DNA of 64,000 bases, from assembly GCA_032718475.1 (NCBI GenBank), contig JAUCBJ010007446.1:1-64000 (forward strand), in the 5' to 3' direction. Positions 25,401 to 38,500 of the stretch are shown here, piece by piece. Under the pieces are notes generated by a model, which worked only from the letters and a program-made list of their open reading frames with translations, was not told the DNA's origin and made no database searches. A program made the position numbers and the translations under genes. Numbering within the stretch: the stretch's first letter is position 1; every line of letters begins with the position of its first letter. The stretch is from Nemertoderma westbladi (lineage: Eukaryota > Animalia > Xenacoelomorpha).

Positions 25401-27200
25401 CAGGTTGAGCTGTTAAATCTAAGGTACTACCGGTAGCTTCAGCTCAGTCAGGTAGAGCTGTTAAGGTACTACCGGTAGCTTCAGCTCAGTCAGATTGAGC
25501 TGTTAACTATAAGGTACTACCGGTAGCTTCAGCTCAGTCAGGTTGAGCTGTTAACTCTAAGGTACTACCGGTAGCTTCAGCTTAGTCAGGTTGAGCTGTT
25601 AAGGTACTACCGGTAGCTTCAGCTCAGTCAGGTAGAGCTGTTAAGGTACTACCGGTAGCTTCAGCTCAGTCAGGTTGAGCTGTTAACTCTAAGGTACTAC
25701 CGGTAGCTTGAGCTCAGTCAGGTTGAGCTGTTAAATCTAAGGTACTACCGGTAGCTTCAGCTCAGTCAGGTTGAGCTGTTAAGGTACTACCGGTAGCTTC
25801 ATCTCAGTCAGGTTGAACTGTTAACTCTAAGGTACTACCGGTAGCTTCAGCTCAGTCAGGTTGAGCTGTTAACTCTAAGGTACTACCGGTAGCTTCAGCT
25901 CAGTCAGGTTGAACTGTTAACTCTAAGGTACTACCGGTAGCTTCAGCTCAGTCAGGTTGAGCTGTTAACTATAAGGTACTACCGGTAGCTTCAGCTCAGT
26001 CAGGTTGAGCTGTTAACTCTAAGGTACTACCGGTAGCTTCAGCTCAGTCAGGTTGAGCTGTTAAGGTACTACCGGTAGCTTCAGCTCTGTCAGGTTGAGC
26101 TGTTAAGGTACTACCGGTAGCTTCAGCTCAGTCAGGTTGAGCTGTTAACTCTAAGGTACTACCGGTAGCTTCAGCTTAGTCAGGTTGAGCTGTTAAGGTA
26201 CTACCGGTAGCTTCAGCTCAGTCAGGTTGAGCTGTTAACTCTAAGGTACTACCGGTAGCTTCAGCTCAGTCAGGTTGAGCTGTTAAGGTACTACCGGTAG
26301 CTTCAGCTCAGTCAGGTTGAGCTGTTAACTCTAAGGTACTACCGGTAGCTTGAGCTCAGTCAGGTTGAGCTGTTAAATCTAAGGTACTACCGGTAGCTTC
26401 AGCTCAGTCAGGTTGAGCTGTTAACTCTAAGGTACTACCGGTAGCTTGAGCTCAGTCAGGTTGAGCTGTTAAATCTAAGGTACTACCGGTAGCTTCAGCT
26501 CAGTCAGGTTGAGCTGTTAACTCTAAGGTACTACCGGTAGCTTGAGCTCAGTCAGGTTGAGCTGTTAAATCTAAGGTACTACCGGTAGCTTCAGCTCAGT
26601 CAGGTTGAGCTGTTAAGGTACTACCGGTAGCTTCAGCTCAGTCAGGTAGAGCTGTTAACTCTAAGGTACTACCGGTAGCTTCAGCTCAGTCAGGTTTAGC
26701 TGTTAAGGTACTACCGGTAGCTTCAGCTCAGTCAGGTTGAGCTGTTAAGGTACTACCGGTAGCTTCAGCTCAGTCAGGTTGAGCTGTTAAGGTACTACCG
26801 GTAGCTTCAGCTCAGTCAGGTTGAGCTGTTAACTCTAAGGTACTACCGGTAGCTTCAGCTCAGTCAGGTTGAGCTGTTAAGGTACTACCGGTAGCTTCAG
26901 CTCAGTCAGGTTGAGCTGTTAAGGTACTACCGGTAGCTTCAGCTCCGTCAGGTTGAACTGTTAACTCTAAGGTACTACCGGTAGCTTCAGCTCAGTCAGG
27001 TTGAGCTGTTAAGGTACTACCGGTAGCTTCAGCTCAGTCAGGTTGAGCTGTTAAGGTACTACCGGTAGCTTCAGCTCAGTCAGGTTGAGCTGTTAAGGTA
27101 CTACCGGTAGCTTCAGCTCAGTCAGGTTGAGCTGTTAACTCTAAGATACTACCGGTAGCTTCAGCTCACCCAGCTGTAATGGGTACCAGGGAGATAAAAG
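22424..27200 (+). mobile_element. Probable degenerate tRNA-derived SINE split by the 42/48-bp array
   Basis: Left flank gatgattagagcg...ggaggtcgtcaggttga resembles a tRNA head (A/B boxes). Right flank cacccagctgtaatgggtaccagg resembles the SINE body aacccagcggtataatgggaacctgg at 43.9 kb. Confidence 0.5.
22469..27167. repeat. 42/48-bp two-length satellite, ~105 units, each an imperfect palindrome
   Basis: Unit gtcaggttgagctgttaa(ctctaa)ggtactaccggtagcttcagctca; TGAGCTG...CAGCTCA surrounds the central palindrome CTACCGGTAG. Confidence 0.97.
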
Positions 27201-27862
27201 TTTGGTAGTGTGGTACCCTCCTACCCACTTCGTGTTTTACAATCACCGATAACTTTACCCTCTACCTAGCCTTGAAATTTCCAAATCAACTAAGATCTGC
27301 CTTAAGTTCCACTCCTTATTATTCTGATGTTACCAATTCGTATTAATCCGGTAGGGTCTTATTAATATTTGTAGCGATTAGAGTAAGATCTTTCCAGCTC
27401 AAATCTGTTTGGATATAAAAGTTCGTTCGACTTTCAGAACTACCCATTGGTGACATCAAGACAGCTGCACAGCACTGAAAGTACCCGAATGCCAACGCAT
27501 TTCCTCTGGGTGGGAGATAAGCGAATTAATATCAAACTGCCTGTTCTATAAAAGGAAAGAGTGAGTGGAGAATGGCTGTGAACTAGTGCTACTGATGAGG
27601 CCTGATAGAAAGAAACGCGCGTATAGCCCAGGTTCAATACACGGTGATGTGCTTCCTATTTCTGAACAAAATAATTTATTACAGTTGCAATAACAGCTCA
27701 ACTCCAATTCATACCAGTAAACAACCCACAATAACAGCTCGACTCCAATTCATACCAGTAAACAACCCACATATTCAAAAACATCCCAAATCATAACTGA
27801 CTGAGTATGTCTATGACCCTCTGTGTCACGTAGTATTCAGGATCAAATCTCTGGATGGCGAA

Positions 27863-28308
27863 TCTATGGGAGTCCATGCTGGGCTCTAACTGCTGAGGAC
27901 ACCAAATCTCTGGATGGCACATTCACAAGAATGCAACGCCGGGTTCATCGTGTCAAGTACAATGCACATATCTCCAACCAGACACTATATAACATTGGAG
28001 GTGTCTCATTGGTTCCCCCAAGCTTGTGTAGAACAAAATCGCCTCCGCTTTGCAGGACATTGCTTTCGCCGTGAAGACCAGCCAGTGGCAGCTTTGGCAG
28101 CCTCATGGAGTGAATAAGCATGGTGGACAGCCCATGACTTTCTTTCTTTCTTGACGCATCTTAAAGGACACTGGCCTTGAAGATGCGGATGATCTAGAAA
28201 ATGTCATGGGTGATAGGGAGTTGTGGCGGTGCAATTTTGTCGACAAGCCGGCACAGCATTCTTAAAAATGCAGCTGCAATGCAGCATGCCGATACTAGTA
28301 GCAGTAGT
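27863..28308 (+). mobile_element. Degenerate 3' fragment of RTE-like LINE family A
   Basis: Aligns with 2173-2617 (YGSPCWALTAEDTKSLDGTFTR) with frameshifting indels; TAGTAG tail. Confidence 0.9.
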
Positions 28309-28967
28309 GTCACTTAGAATCGGCGTCATACATTCCTGCTCTAACTGCTGAATCACTGGCAGATATAAATCTTAATGAAACTTATTTAGACTCAACCACA
28401 AGTATTACTAAGCAACCTTCTAAGAATTGGATCGTATTTCTTTCAATTATATTTAATTTACATAACTGTTTGTGGTACCCAGCGCCAGCACACGTAGCAC
28501 ACTCGGTGCACAAATAAACTGATAGTTATATTAAATCTGGTAATCGTTTATGCCAAAATATTTGACAGTTTTCAAGCAGGAAGTAAAGTAGGCGATGATA
28601 TAAAAAACAGATTTTTACACTTAGCTTCACATTATTTAATGTGTTATTTATATTTTATTTATATAAGAGTAATAAAAATATCAAAGAGTTTCCTTACAAA
28701 ATGCCAGACCACAAACTCAGTATTATATAACAAATTGAAAGCAGAAACTATTTTATACCAGATGTTCAAACTTTTAAGCCAAATTATCATCTTTAACGAT
28801 TGCATGCTTCCAACAACACCACTGATTGGTCATTAAAAACCCATGGAATAGCTTCAGTTCCGCTATGCTGAGGTTTAGGTGTCCCGGACAAATTAATCTC
28901 TTGTTCTAATTAATAAATTCATTTAAATAACAACTGTTGATTAGAGAATGAATCGTCGCACATGATG

Positions 28968-29440
28968 TCACACATACCATTCTTTACCATCTTTAGTTCT
29001 CATGGTTACCACACCACCATTCTTCTCTAGTGCGTCCCCGTTTACAGGCACTGTGTATTTGACGTCGGTTAACCGCTTAGCGTCCGCACTGTGAACATTA
29101 TAAGTACCGCCACTGCGTCGCGTTTTATACCGATAGATGGCGTAGGATATTATAACTACGGCAATTACTACAGACAGCACTATACCAATAACCATCCCGG
29201 TTGTGGCCCCGCTTGTATTCATCTGTTTATCTCGAGATCCCAGTTCCGGATGTCCAGATGTTTGGACGGGGGCCGTAGTTGATGGATCTTTCCACCATAA
29301 CGGATCGAAGTTTTTTACAGTCTGCGACGGAGTCATCTGGTGTCTATTAGAGTCCGTTATTGTTGTTACAACCTGTTCCTGAATGCTTGGTTCTGGGGTG
29401 TCTGGATTTCTTGGCTCATCGGAGTTTGAACTCTCACTTG
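28968..29440 (-). CDS. NRXN: Neurexin last coding exon (stalk end, TM helix, cytoplasmic tail with PDZ ligand)
   Basis: Acceptor ttcatttgcag|CA (phase 1), open into ORF 28968-29336. TTGMVIGIVLSVVIAVVIISYAIYRYK resembles neurexin [27 protein letters not shown]. C-terminal KEWYV is the invertebrate neurexin-1 type ending. Confidence 0.93.
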
Positions 29441-29507
29441 CTGCAAATGAAGAAAATAAACAGAAATATTATTACAATAAACTACAAATTATTTTATATA
29501 AAGCCGT

Positions 29508-32500
29508 AGTAGCCGGTACTTGAGACTCGGTTGTAGGAGTTGTCGTTACCAATATAGTTCCTTACCTATAGTAGGATTAGTAACATCTGTTTGGAGTAGC
29601 CGGTACTTGAGACTCGGTTGTAGGAGTTGTCGTTACCAATATAGTTCCTTACCTATAGTAGGATTAGTAACATCTGTTTGGAGTAACCGGTACTTGAGAC
29701 TCGGTTGTAGGAGTTGGCGTTACCAATATAGTTCCTTACCTATAGTAGGATTAGTAACATCTGTTTTGAGTAGCCGGTACTTGAGACTCAGTTGTAGGAG
29801 TTGTCGTTACGAACATAGTTCCTTACCTATAGTAGGATTAGTAACATCTGTTTGGAGTAGCCGGTACTTGAGACTCGGTTGTAGGAGTTGGCGTTACCAA
29901 TATAGTTCCTTACCTATAGTAGGATTAGTAACATCTGTTTGGAGTAGCCGGTACTTGAGACTCGGTTGTAGGAGTTGTCGTTACCAATATAGTTCCTTAC
30001 CTATAGTAGGATTAGTAACATCTGTTTGGAGTAGCCGGTACTTGAGACTCGGTTGTAGGAGTTGTCGTTACCAATATAGTTCCTTACCTATAGTAGGATT
30101 AGTAACATCTGTTTGGAGTAGCCGGTACTTGAGACTCGGTTGTAGGAGTTGGCGTTACCAATATAGTTCCTTACCTATAGTAGGATTAGTAACATCTGTT
30201 TTGAGTAGCCGGTACTTGAGACTCAGTTGTAGGAGTTGTCGTTACGAACATAGTTCCTTACCTATAGTAGGATTAGTAACATCTGTTTGTGGAGGGAGTA
30301 ACCGGTACTTGAGACTCGGTTGTATGAGTTGTCGTTACCAATATAGTTCCTTACCTATAGTACGATTAGTAACATCTGTTTGGAGTAGCCGGTACTTGAG
30401 ACTCGGTTGTAGGAGTTGGCGTTACGAATATAGTTCCTTACCTATAGTAGGATTAGTAACATCTGTTTGGAGTAGCCGGTACTTGAGACTCGGTTGTAGG
30501 AGTTGGCGTTACGAATATAGTTCCTTACCTATAGTAGGATTAGTAACATCTGTTTGTGGAGGGAGTAGCCGGTACTTGAGACTCGGTTGTAGGAGTTGTC
30601 GTTACCAATATAGTTCCTTACCTATAGTAGGATTAGTAACATCTGTTTGGAGTAGCCGGTACTTGAGACTCGGTTGTAGGAGTTGGCGTTACCAATATAG
30701 TTCCTTACCTATAGTAGGATTAGTAACATCTGTTTGGAGTAGCCGGTACTTGAGACTCGGTTGTAGGAGTTGGCGTTACGAATATAGTTCCTTACCTATA
30801 GTAGGATTAGTAACATCTGTTTGGAGTAGCCGGTACTTGAGACTCGGTTGTAGGAGTTGTCGTTACCAATATAGTTCCTTACCTATAGTAGGATTAGTAA
30901 CATCTGTTTGGAGTAGCCGGTACTTGAGACTCGGTTGTAGGAGTTGTCGTTACCAATATAGTTCCTTACCTATAGTAGGATTAGTAACATCTGTTTGGAG
31001 TAGCCGGTACTTGAGACTCGGTTGTAGGAGTTGGCGTTACCAATATAGTTCCTTACCTATAGTAGGATTAGTAACATCTGTTTGGAGTAGCCGGTACTTG
31101 AGACTCGGTTGTAGGAGTTGTCGTTACCAATATAGTTCCTTACCTATAGTAGGATTAGTAACATCTGTTTGGAGTAGCCGGTACTTGAGACTCGGTTGTA
31201 GGAGTTGTCGTTACCAATATAGTTCCTTACCTATAGTAGGATTAGTAACATCTGTTTTGAGTAACCGGTACTTGAGACTCGGTTGTAGGAGTTGTCGTTA
31301 CCAATATAGTTCCTTACCTATAGTAGGATTAGTAACATCTGTTTGTGGAGGGAGTAACCGGTACTTGAGACTCGGTTGTAGGAGTTGTCGTTACGAATAT
31401 AGTTCCTTACCTATAGTAGGATTAGTAACATCTGTTTGGAGTAGCCGGTACTTGAGACTCGGTTGTAGGAGTTGGCGTTACGAATATAGTTCCTTACCTA
31501 TAGTAGGATTAGTAACATCTGTTTGGAGTAGCCGGTACTTGAGACTCGGTTGTAGGAGTTGGCGTTACGAATATAGTTCCTTACCTATAGTAGGATTAGT
31601 AACATCTGTTTGGAGTAGCCGGTACTTGAGACTCGGTTGTAGGAGTTGGCGTTACGAATATAGTTCCTTACCTATAGTAGGATTAGTAACATCTGTTTGG
31701 AGTAGCCGGTACTTGAGACTCGGTTGTAGGAGTTGGCGTTACCAATATAGTTCCTTACCTATAGTAGGATTAGTAACATCTGTTTGGAGTAGCCGGTACT
31801 TGAGACTCGGTTGTAGGAGTTGGCGTTACCAATATAGTTCCTTACCTATAGTAGGATTAGTAACATCTGTTTGGAGTAGCCGGTACTTGAGACTCGGTTG
31901 TAGGAGTTGGCGTTACGAATATAGTTCCTTACCTATAGTAGGATTAGTAACATCTGTTTGGAGTAGCCGGTACTTGAGACTCGGTTGTAGGAGTTGGCGT
32001 TACGAATATAGTTCCTTACCTATAGTAGGATTAGTAACATCTGTTTGGAGTAGCCGGTACTTGAGACTCGGTTGTAGGAGTTGGCGTTACCAATATAGTT
32101 CCTTACCTATAGTAGGATTAGTAACATCTGTTTGGAGTAGCCGGTACTTGAGACTCGGTTGTAGGAGTTGGCGTTACCAATATAGTTCCTTACCTATAGT
32201 AGGATTAGTAACATCTGTTTGGAGTAGCCGGTACTTGAGACTCGGTTGTAGGAGTTGGCGTTACCAATATAGTTCCTTACCTATAGTAGGATTAGTAACA
32301 TCTGTTTGGAGTAGCCGGTACTTGAGACTCGGTTGTAGGAGTTGGCGTTACGAATATAGTTCCTTACCTATAGTAGGATTAGTAACATCTGTTTGGAGTA
32401 GCCGGTACTTGAGACTCGGTTGTAGGAGTTGGCGTTACCAATATAGTTCCTTACCTATAGTAGGATTAGTAACATCTGTTTGGAGTAGCCGGTACTTGAG

Positions 32501-35500
32501 ACTCGGTTGTAGGAGTTGGCGTTACGAATATAGTTCCTTACCTATAGTAGGATTAGTAACATCTGTTTGGAGTAGCCGGTACTTGAGACTCGGTTGTAGG
32601 AGTTGGCGTTACGAATATAGTTCCTTACCTATAGTAGGATTAGTAACATCTGTTTGGAGTAGCCGGTACTTGAGACTCGGTTGTAGGAGTTGGCGTTACC
32701 AATATAGTTCCTTACCTATAGTAGGATTAGTAACATCTGTTTGGAGTAGCCGGTACTTGAGACTCGGTTGTAGGAGTTGGCGTTACCAATATAGTTCCTT
32801 ACCTATAGTAGGATTAGTAACATCTGTTTGGAGTAGCCGGTACTTGAGACTCGGTTGTAGGAGTTGGCGTTACCAATATAGTTCCTTACCTATAGTAGGA
32901 TTAGTAACATCTGTTTGGAGTAGCCGGTACTTGAGACTCGGTTGTAGGAGTTGGCGTTACCAATATAGTTCCTTACCTATAGTAGGATTAGTAACATCTG
33001 TTTGGAGTAGCCGGTACTTGAGACTCGGTTGTAGGAGTTGGCGTTACCAATATAGTTCCTTACCTATAGTAGGATTAGTAACATCTGTTTGGAGTAGCCG
33101 GTACTTGAGACTCGGTTGTAGGAGTTGGCGTTACGAATATAGTTCCTTACCTATAGTAGGATTAGTAACATCTGTTTGGAGTAGCCGGTACTTGAGACTC
33201 GGTTGTAGGAGTTGTCGTTACGAATATAGTTCCTTACCTATAGTAGGATTAGTAACATCTGTTTGGAGTAGCCGGTACTTGAGACTCGGTTGTAGGAGTT
33301 GTCGTTACCAATATAGTTCCTTACCTATAGTAGGATTAGTAACATCTGTTTGGAGTAGCCGGTACTTGAGACTCGGTTGTAGGAGTTGTCGTTACCAATA
33401 TAGTTCCTTACCTATAGTAGGATTAGTAACATCTGTTTGGAGTAGCCGGTACTTGAGACTCGGTTGTAGGAGTTGTCGTTACCAATATAGTTCCTTACCT
33501 ATAGTAGGATTAGTAACATCTGTTTGGAGTAGCCGGTACTTGAGACTCGGTTGTAGGAGTTGTCGTTACCAATATAGTTCCTTACCTATAGTAGGATTAG
33601 TAACATCTGTTTGGAGTAGCCGGTACTTGAGACTCGGTTGTAGGAGTTGGCGTTACGAATATAGTTCCTTACCTATAGTAGGATTAGTAACATCTGTTTG
33701 GAGTAGCCGGTACTTGAGACTCGGTTGTAGGAGTTGGCGTTACGAATATAGTTCCTTACCTATAGTAGGATTAGTAACATCTGTTTGGAGTAGCCGGTAC
33801 TTGAGACTCGGTTGTAGGAGTTGTCGTTACCAATATAGTTCCTTACCTATAGTAGGATTAGTAACATCTGTTTGGAGTAGCCGGTACTTGAGACTCGGTT
33901 GTAGGAGTTGTCGTTACCAATATAGTTCCTTACCTATAGTAGGATTAGTAACATCTGTTTGGAGTAGCCGGTACTTGAGACTCGGTTGTAGGAGTTGTCG
34001 TTACCAATATAGTTCCTTACCTATAGTAGGATTAGTAACATCTGTTTGGAGTAGCCGGTACTTGAGACTCGGTTGTAGGAGTTGTCGTTACCAATATAGT
34101 TCCTTACCTATAGTAGGATTAGTAACATCTGTTTGGAGTAGCCGGTACTTGAGACTCGGTTGTAGGAGTTGTCGTTACCAATATAGTTCCTTACCTATAG
34201 TAGGATTAGTAACATCTGTTTGGAGTAGCCGGTGCTTGAGACTCGGTTGTAGGAGTTGGCGTTACGAATATAGTTCCTTACCTATAGTAGGATTAGTAAC
34301 ATCTGTTTGGAGTAGCCGGTACTTGAGACTCGGTTGTAGGAGTTGGCGTTACGAATATAGTTCCTTACCTATAGTACGATTAGTAACATCTGTTTGGAGT
34401 AGCCGGTACTTGAGACTCGGTTGTAGGAGTTGTCGTTACCAATATAGTTCCTTACCTATAGTAGGATTAGTAACATCTGTTTTGAGTAGCCGGTACTTGA
34501 GACTCGGTTGTAGGAGTTGGCGTTACGAATATAGTTCCTTACCTATAGTAGGATTAGTAACATCTGTTTGGAGTAGCCGGTACTTGAGACTCGGTTGTAG
34601 GAGTTGGCGTTACGAATATAGTTCCTTACCTATAGTAGGATTAGTAACATCTGTTTGGAGTAGCCGGTACTTGAGACTCGGTTGTAGGAGTTGTCGTTAC
34701 CAATATAGTTCCTTACCTATAGTAGGATTAGTAACATCTGTTTGGAGTAGCCGGTACTTGAGACTCGGTTGTAGGAGTTGTCGTTACCAATATAGTTCCT
34801 TACCTATAGTAGGATTAGTAACATCTGTTTGGAGTAGCCGGTACTTGAGACTCGGTTGTAGGAGTTGTCGTTACCAATATAGTTCCTTACCTATAGTAGG
34901 ATTAGTAACATCTGTTTGTGGAGGTAGCCGGTACTTGAGACTCGGTTGTAGGAGTTGGCGTTACGAATATAGTTCCTTACCTATAGTAGGATTAGTAACA
35001 TCTGTTTGGAGTAGCCGGTACTTGAGACTCGGTTGTAGGAGTTGTCGTTACCAATATAGTTCCTTACCTATAGTAGGATTAGTAACATCTGTTTTGAGTA
35101 GCCGGTACTTGAGACTCGGTTGTAGGAGTTGTCGTTACCAATATAGTTCCTTACCTATAGTAGGATTAGTAACATCTGTTTTGAGTAGCCGGTACTTGAG
35201 ACTCGGTTGTAGGAGTTGTCGTTACCAATATAGTTCCTTACCTATAGTAGGATTAGTAACATCTGTTTGGAGTAGCCGGTACTTGAGACTCGGTTGTAGG
35301 AGTTGTCGTTACCAATATAGTTCCTTACCTATAGTAGGATTAGTAACATCTGTTTGGAGTAGCCGGTACTTGAGACTCGGTTGTAGGAGTTGTCGTTACC
35401 AATATAGTTCCTTACCTATAGTAGGATTAGTAACATCTGTTTGGAGTAGCCGGTACTTGAGACTCGGTTGTAGGAGTTGGCGTTACGAATATAGTTCCTT

Positions 35501-38500
35501 ACCTATAGTAGGATTAGTAACATCTGTTTGGAGTAGCCGGTACTTGAGACTCGGTTGTAGGAGTTGGCGTTACGAATATAGTTCCTTACCTATAGTAGGA
35601 TTAGTAACATCTGTTTGGAGTAGCCGGTACTTGAGACTCGGTTGTAGGAGTTGTCGTTACCAATATAGTTCCTTACCTATAGTAGGATTAGTAACATCTG
35701 TTTGGAGTAGCCGGTACTTGAGACTCGGTTGTAGGAGTTGTCGTTACCAATATAGTTCCTTACCTATAGTAGGATTAGTAACATCTGTTTGGAGTAGCCG
35801 GTACTTGAGACTCGGTTGTAGGAGTTGTCGTTACCAATATAGTTCCTTACCTATAGTAGGATTAGTAACATCTGTTTGGAGTAGCCGGTACTTGAGACTC
35901 GGTTGTAGGAGTTGTCGTTACCAATATAGTTCCTTACCTATAGTAGGATTAGTAACATCTGTTTGGAGTAGCCGGTACTTGAGACTCGGTTGTAGGAGTT
36001 GTCGTTACCAATATAGTTCCTTACCTATAGTAGGATTAGTAACATCTGTTTGGAGTAGCCGGTACTTGAGACTCGGTTGTAGGAGTTGTCGTTACCAATA
36101 TAGTTCCTTACCTATAGTAGGATTAGTAACATCTGTTTGGAGTAGCCGGTACTTGAGACTCGGTTGTAGGAGTTGGCGTTACGAATATAGTTCCTTACCT
36201 ATAGTAGGATTAGTAACATCTGTTTGGAGTAGCCGGTACTTGAGACTCGGTTGTAGGAGTTGGCGTTACGAATATAGTTCCTTACCTATAGTACGATTAG
36301 TAACATCTGTTTGGAGTAGCCGGTACTTGAGACTCGGTTGTAGGAGTTGTCGTTACCAATATAGTTCCTTACCTATAGTAGGATTAGTAACATCTGTTTT
36401 GAGTAGCCGGTACTTGAGACTCGGTTGTAGGAGTTGGCGTTACGAATATAGTTCCTTACCTATAGTAGGATTAGTAACATCTGTTTGGAGTAGCCGGTAC
36501 TTGAGACTGGGTTGTAGGAGTTGGCGTTACGAATATAGTTCCTTACCTATAGTAGGATTAGTAACATATGTTTGGAGTAGCCGGTACTTGAGACTCGGTT
36601 GTAGGAGTTGTCGTTACCAATATAGTTCCTTACCTATAGTAGGATTAGTAACATCTGTTTGGAGTAGCCGGTACTTGAGACTCGGTTGTAGGAGTTGTCG
36701 TTACCAATATAGTTCCTTACCTATAGTAGGATTAGTAACATCTGTTTGGAGTAGCCGGTACTTGAGACTCGGTTGTAGGAGTTGTCGTTACCAATATAGT
36801 TCCTTACCTATAGTAGGATTAGTAACATCTGTTTGTGGAGGGAGTAGCCGGTACTTGAGACTCGGTTGTAGGAGTTGGCGTTACGAATATAGTTCCTTAC
36901 CTATAGTAGGATTAGTAACATCTGTTTTGAGTAGCCGGTACTTGAGACTCGGTTGTAGGAGTTGTCGTTACCAATATAGTTCCTTACCTATAGTAGGATT
37001 AGTAACATCTGTTTTGAGTAGCCGGTACTTGAGACTCGGTTGTAGGAGTTGTCGTTACCAATATAGTTCCTTACCTATAGTAGGATTAGTAACATCTGTT
37101 TTGAGTAGCCGGTACTTGAGACTCGGTTGTAGGAGTTGTCGTTACCAATATAGTTCCTTACCTATAGTAGGATTAGTAACATCTGTTTGGAGTAGCCGGT
37201 ACTTGAGACTCGGTTGTAGGAGTTGTCGTTACCAATATAGTTCCTTACCTATAGTAGGATTAGTAACATCTGTTTGGAGTAGCCGGTACTTGAGACTCGG
37301 TTGTAGGAGTTGTCGTTACCAATATAGTTCCTTACCTATAGTAGGATTAGTAACATCTGTTTGGAGTAGCCGGTACTTGAGACTCGGTTGTAGGAGTTGG
37401 CGTTACGAATATAGTTCCTTACCTATAGTAGGATTAGTAACATCTGTTTGGAGTAGCCGGTACTTGAGACTCGGTTGTAGGAGTTGGCGTTACGAATATA
37501 GTTCCTTACCTATAGTACGATTAGTAACATCTGTTTGGAGTAGCCGGTACTTGAGACTCGGTTGTAGGAGTTGTCGTTACCAATATAGTTCCTTACCTAT
37601 AGTAGGATTAGTAACATCTGTTTTGAGTAGCCGGTACTTGAGACTCGGTTGTAGGAGTTGGCGTTACGAATATAGTTCCTTACCTATAGTAGGATTAGTA
37701 ACATCTGTTTGGAGTAGCCGGTACTTGAGACTGGGTTGTAGGAGTTGGCGTTACGAATATAGTTCCTTACCTATAGTAGGATTAGTAACATATGTTTGGA
37801 GTAGCCGGTACTTGAGACTCGGTTGTAGGAGTTGTCGTTACCAATATAGTTCCTTACCTATAGTAGGATTAGTAACATCTGTTTGGAGTAGCCGGTACTT
37901 GAGACTCGGTTGTAGGAGTTGTCGTTACCAATATAGTTCCTTACCTATAGTAGGATTAGTAACATCTGTTTGGAGTAGCCGGTACTTGAGACTCGGTTGT
38001 AGGAGTTGTCGTTACCAATATAGTTCCTTACCTATAGTAGGATTAGTAACATCTGTTTGTGGAGGGAGTAGCCGGTACTTGAGACTCGGTTGTAGGAGTT
38101 GGCGTTACGAATATAGTTCCTTACCTATAGTAGGATTAGTAACATCTGTTTTGAGTAGCCGGTACTTGAGACTCGGTTGTAGGAGTTGTCGTTACCAATA
38201 TAGTTCCTTACCTATAGTAGGATTAGTAACATCTGTTTTGAGTAGCCGGTACTTGAGACTCGGTTGTAGGAGTTGTCGTTACCAATATAGTTCCTTACCT
38301 ATAGTAGGATTAGTAACATCTGTTTTGAGTAGCCGGTACTTGAGACTCGGTTGTAGGAGTTGTCGTTACCAATATAGTTCCTTACCTATAGTAGGATTAG
38401 TAACATCTGTTTGTGGAGGGAGTAGCCGGTACTTGAGACTCGGTTGTAGGAGTTGGCGTTACGAATATAGTTCCTTACCTATAGTAGGATTAGTAACATC

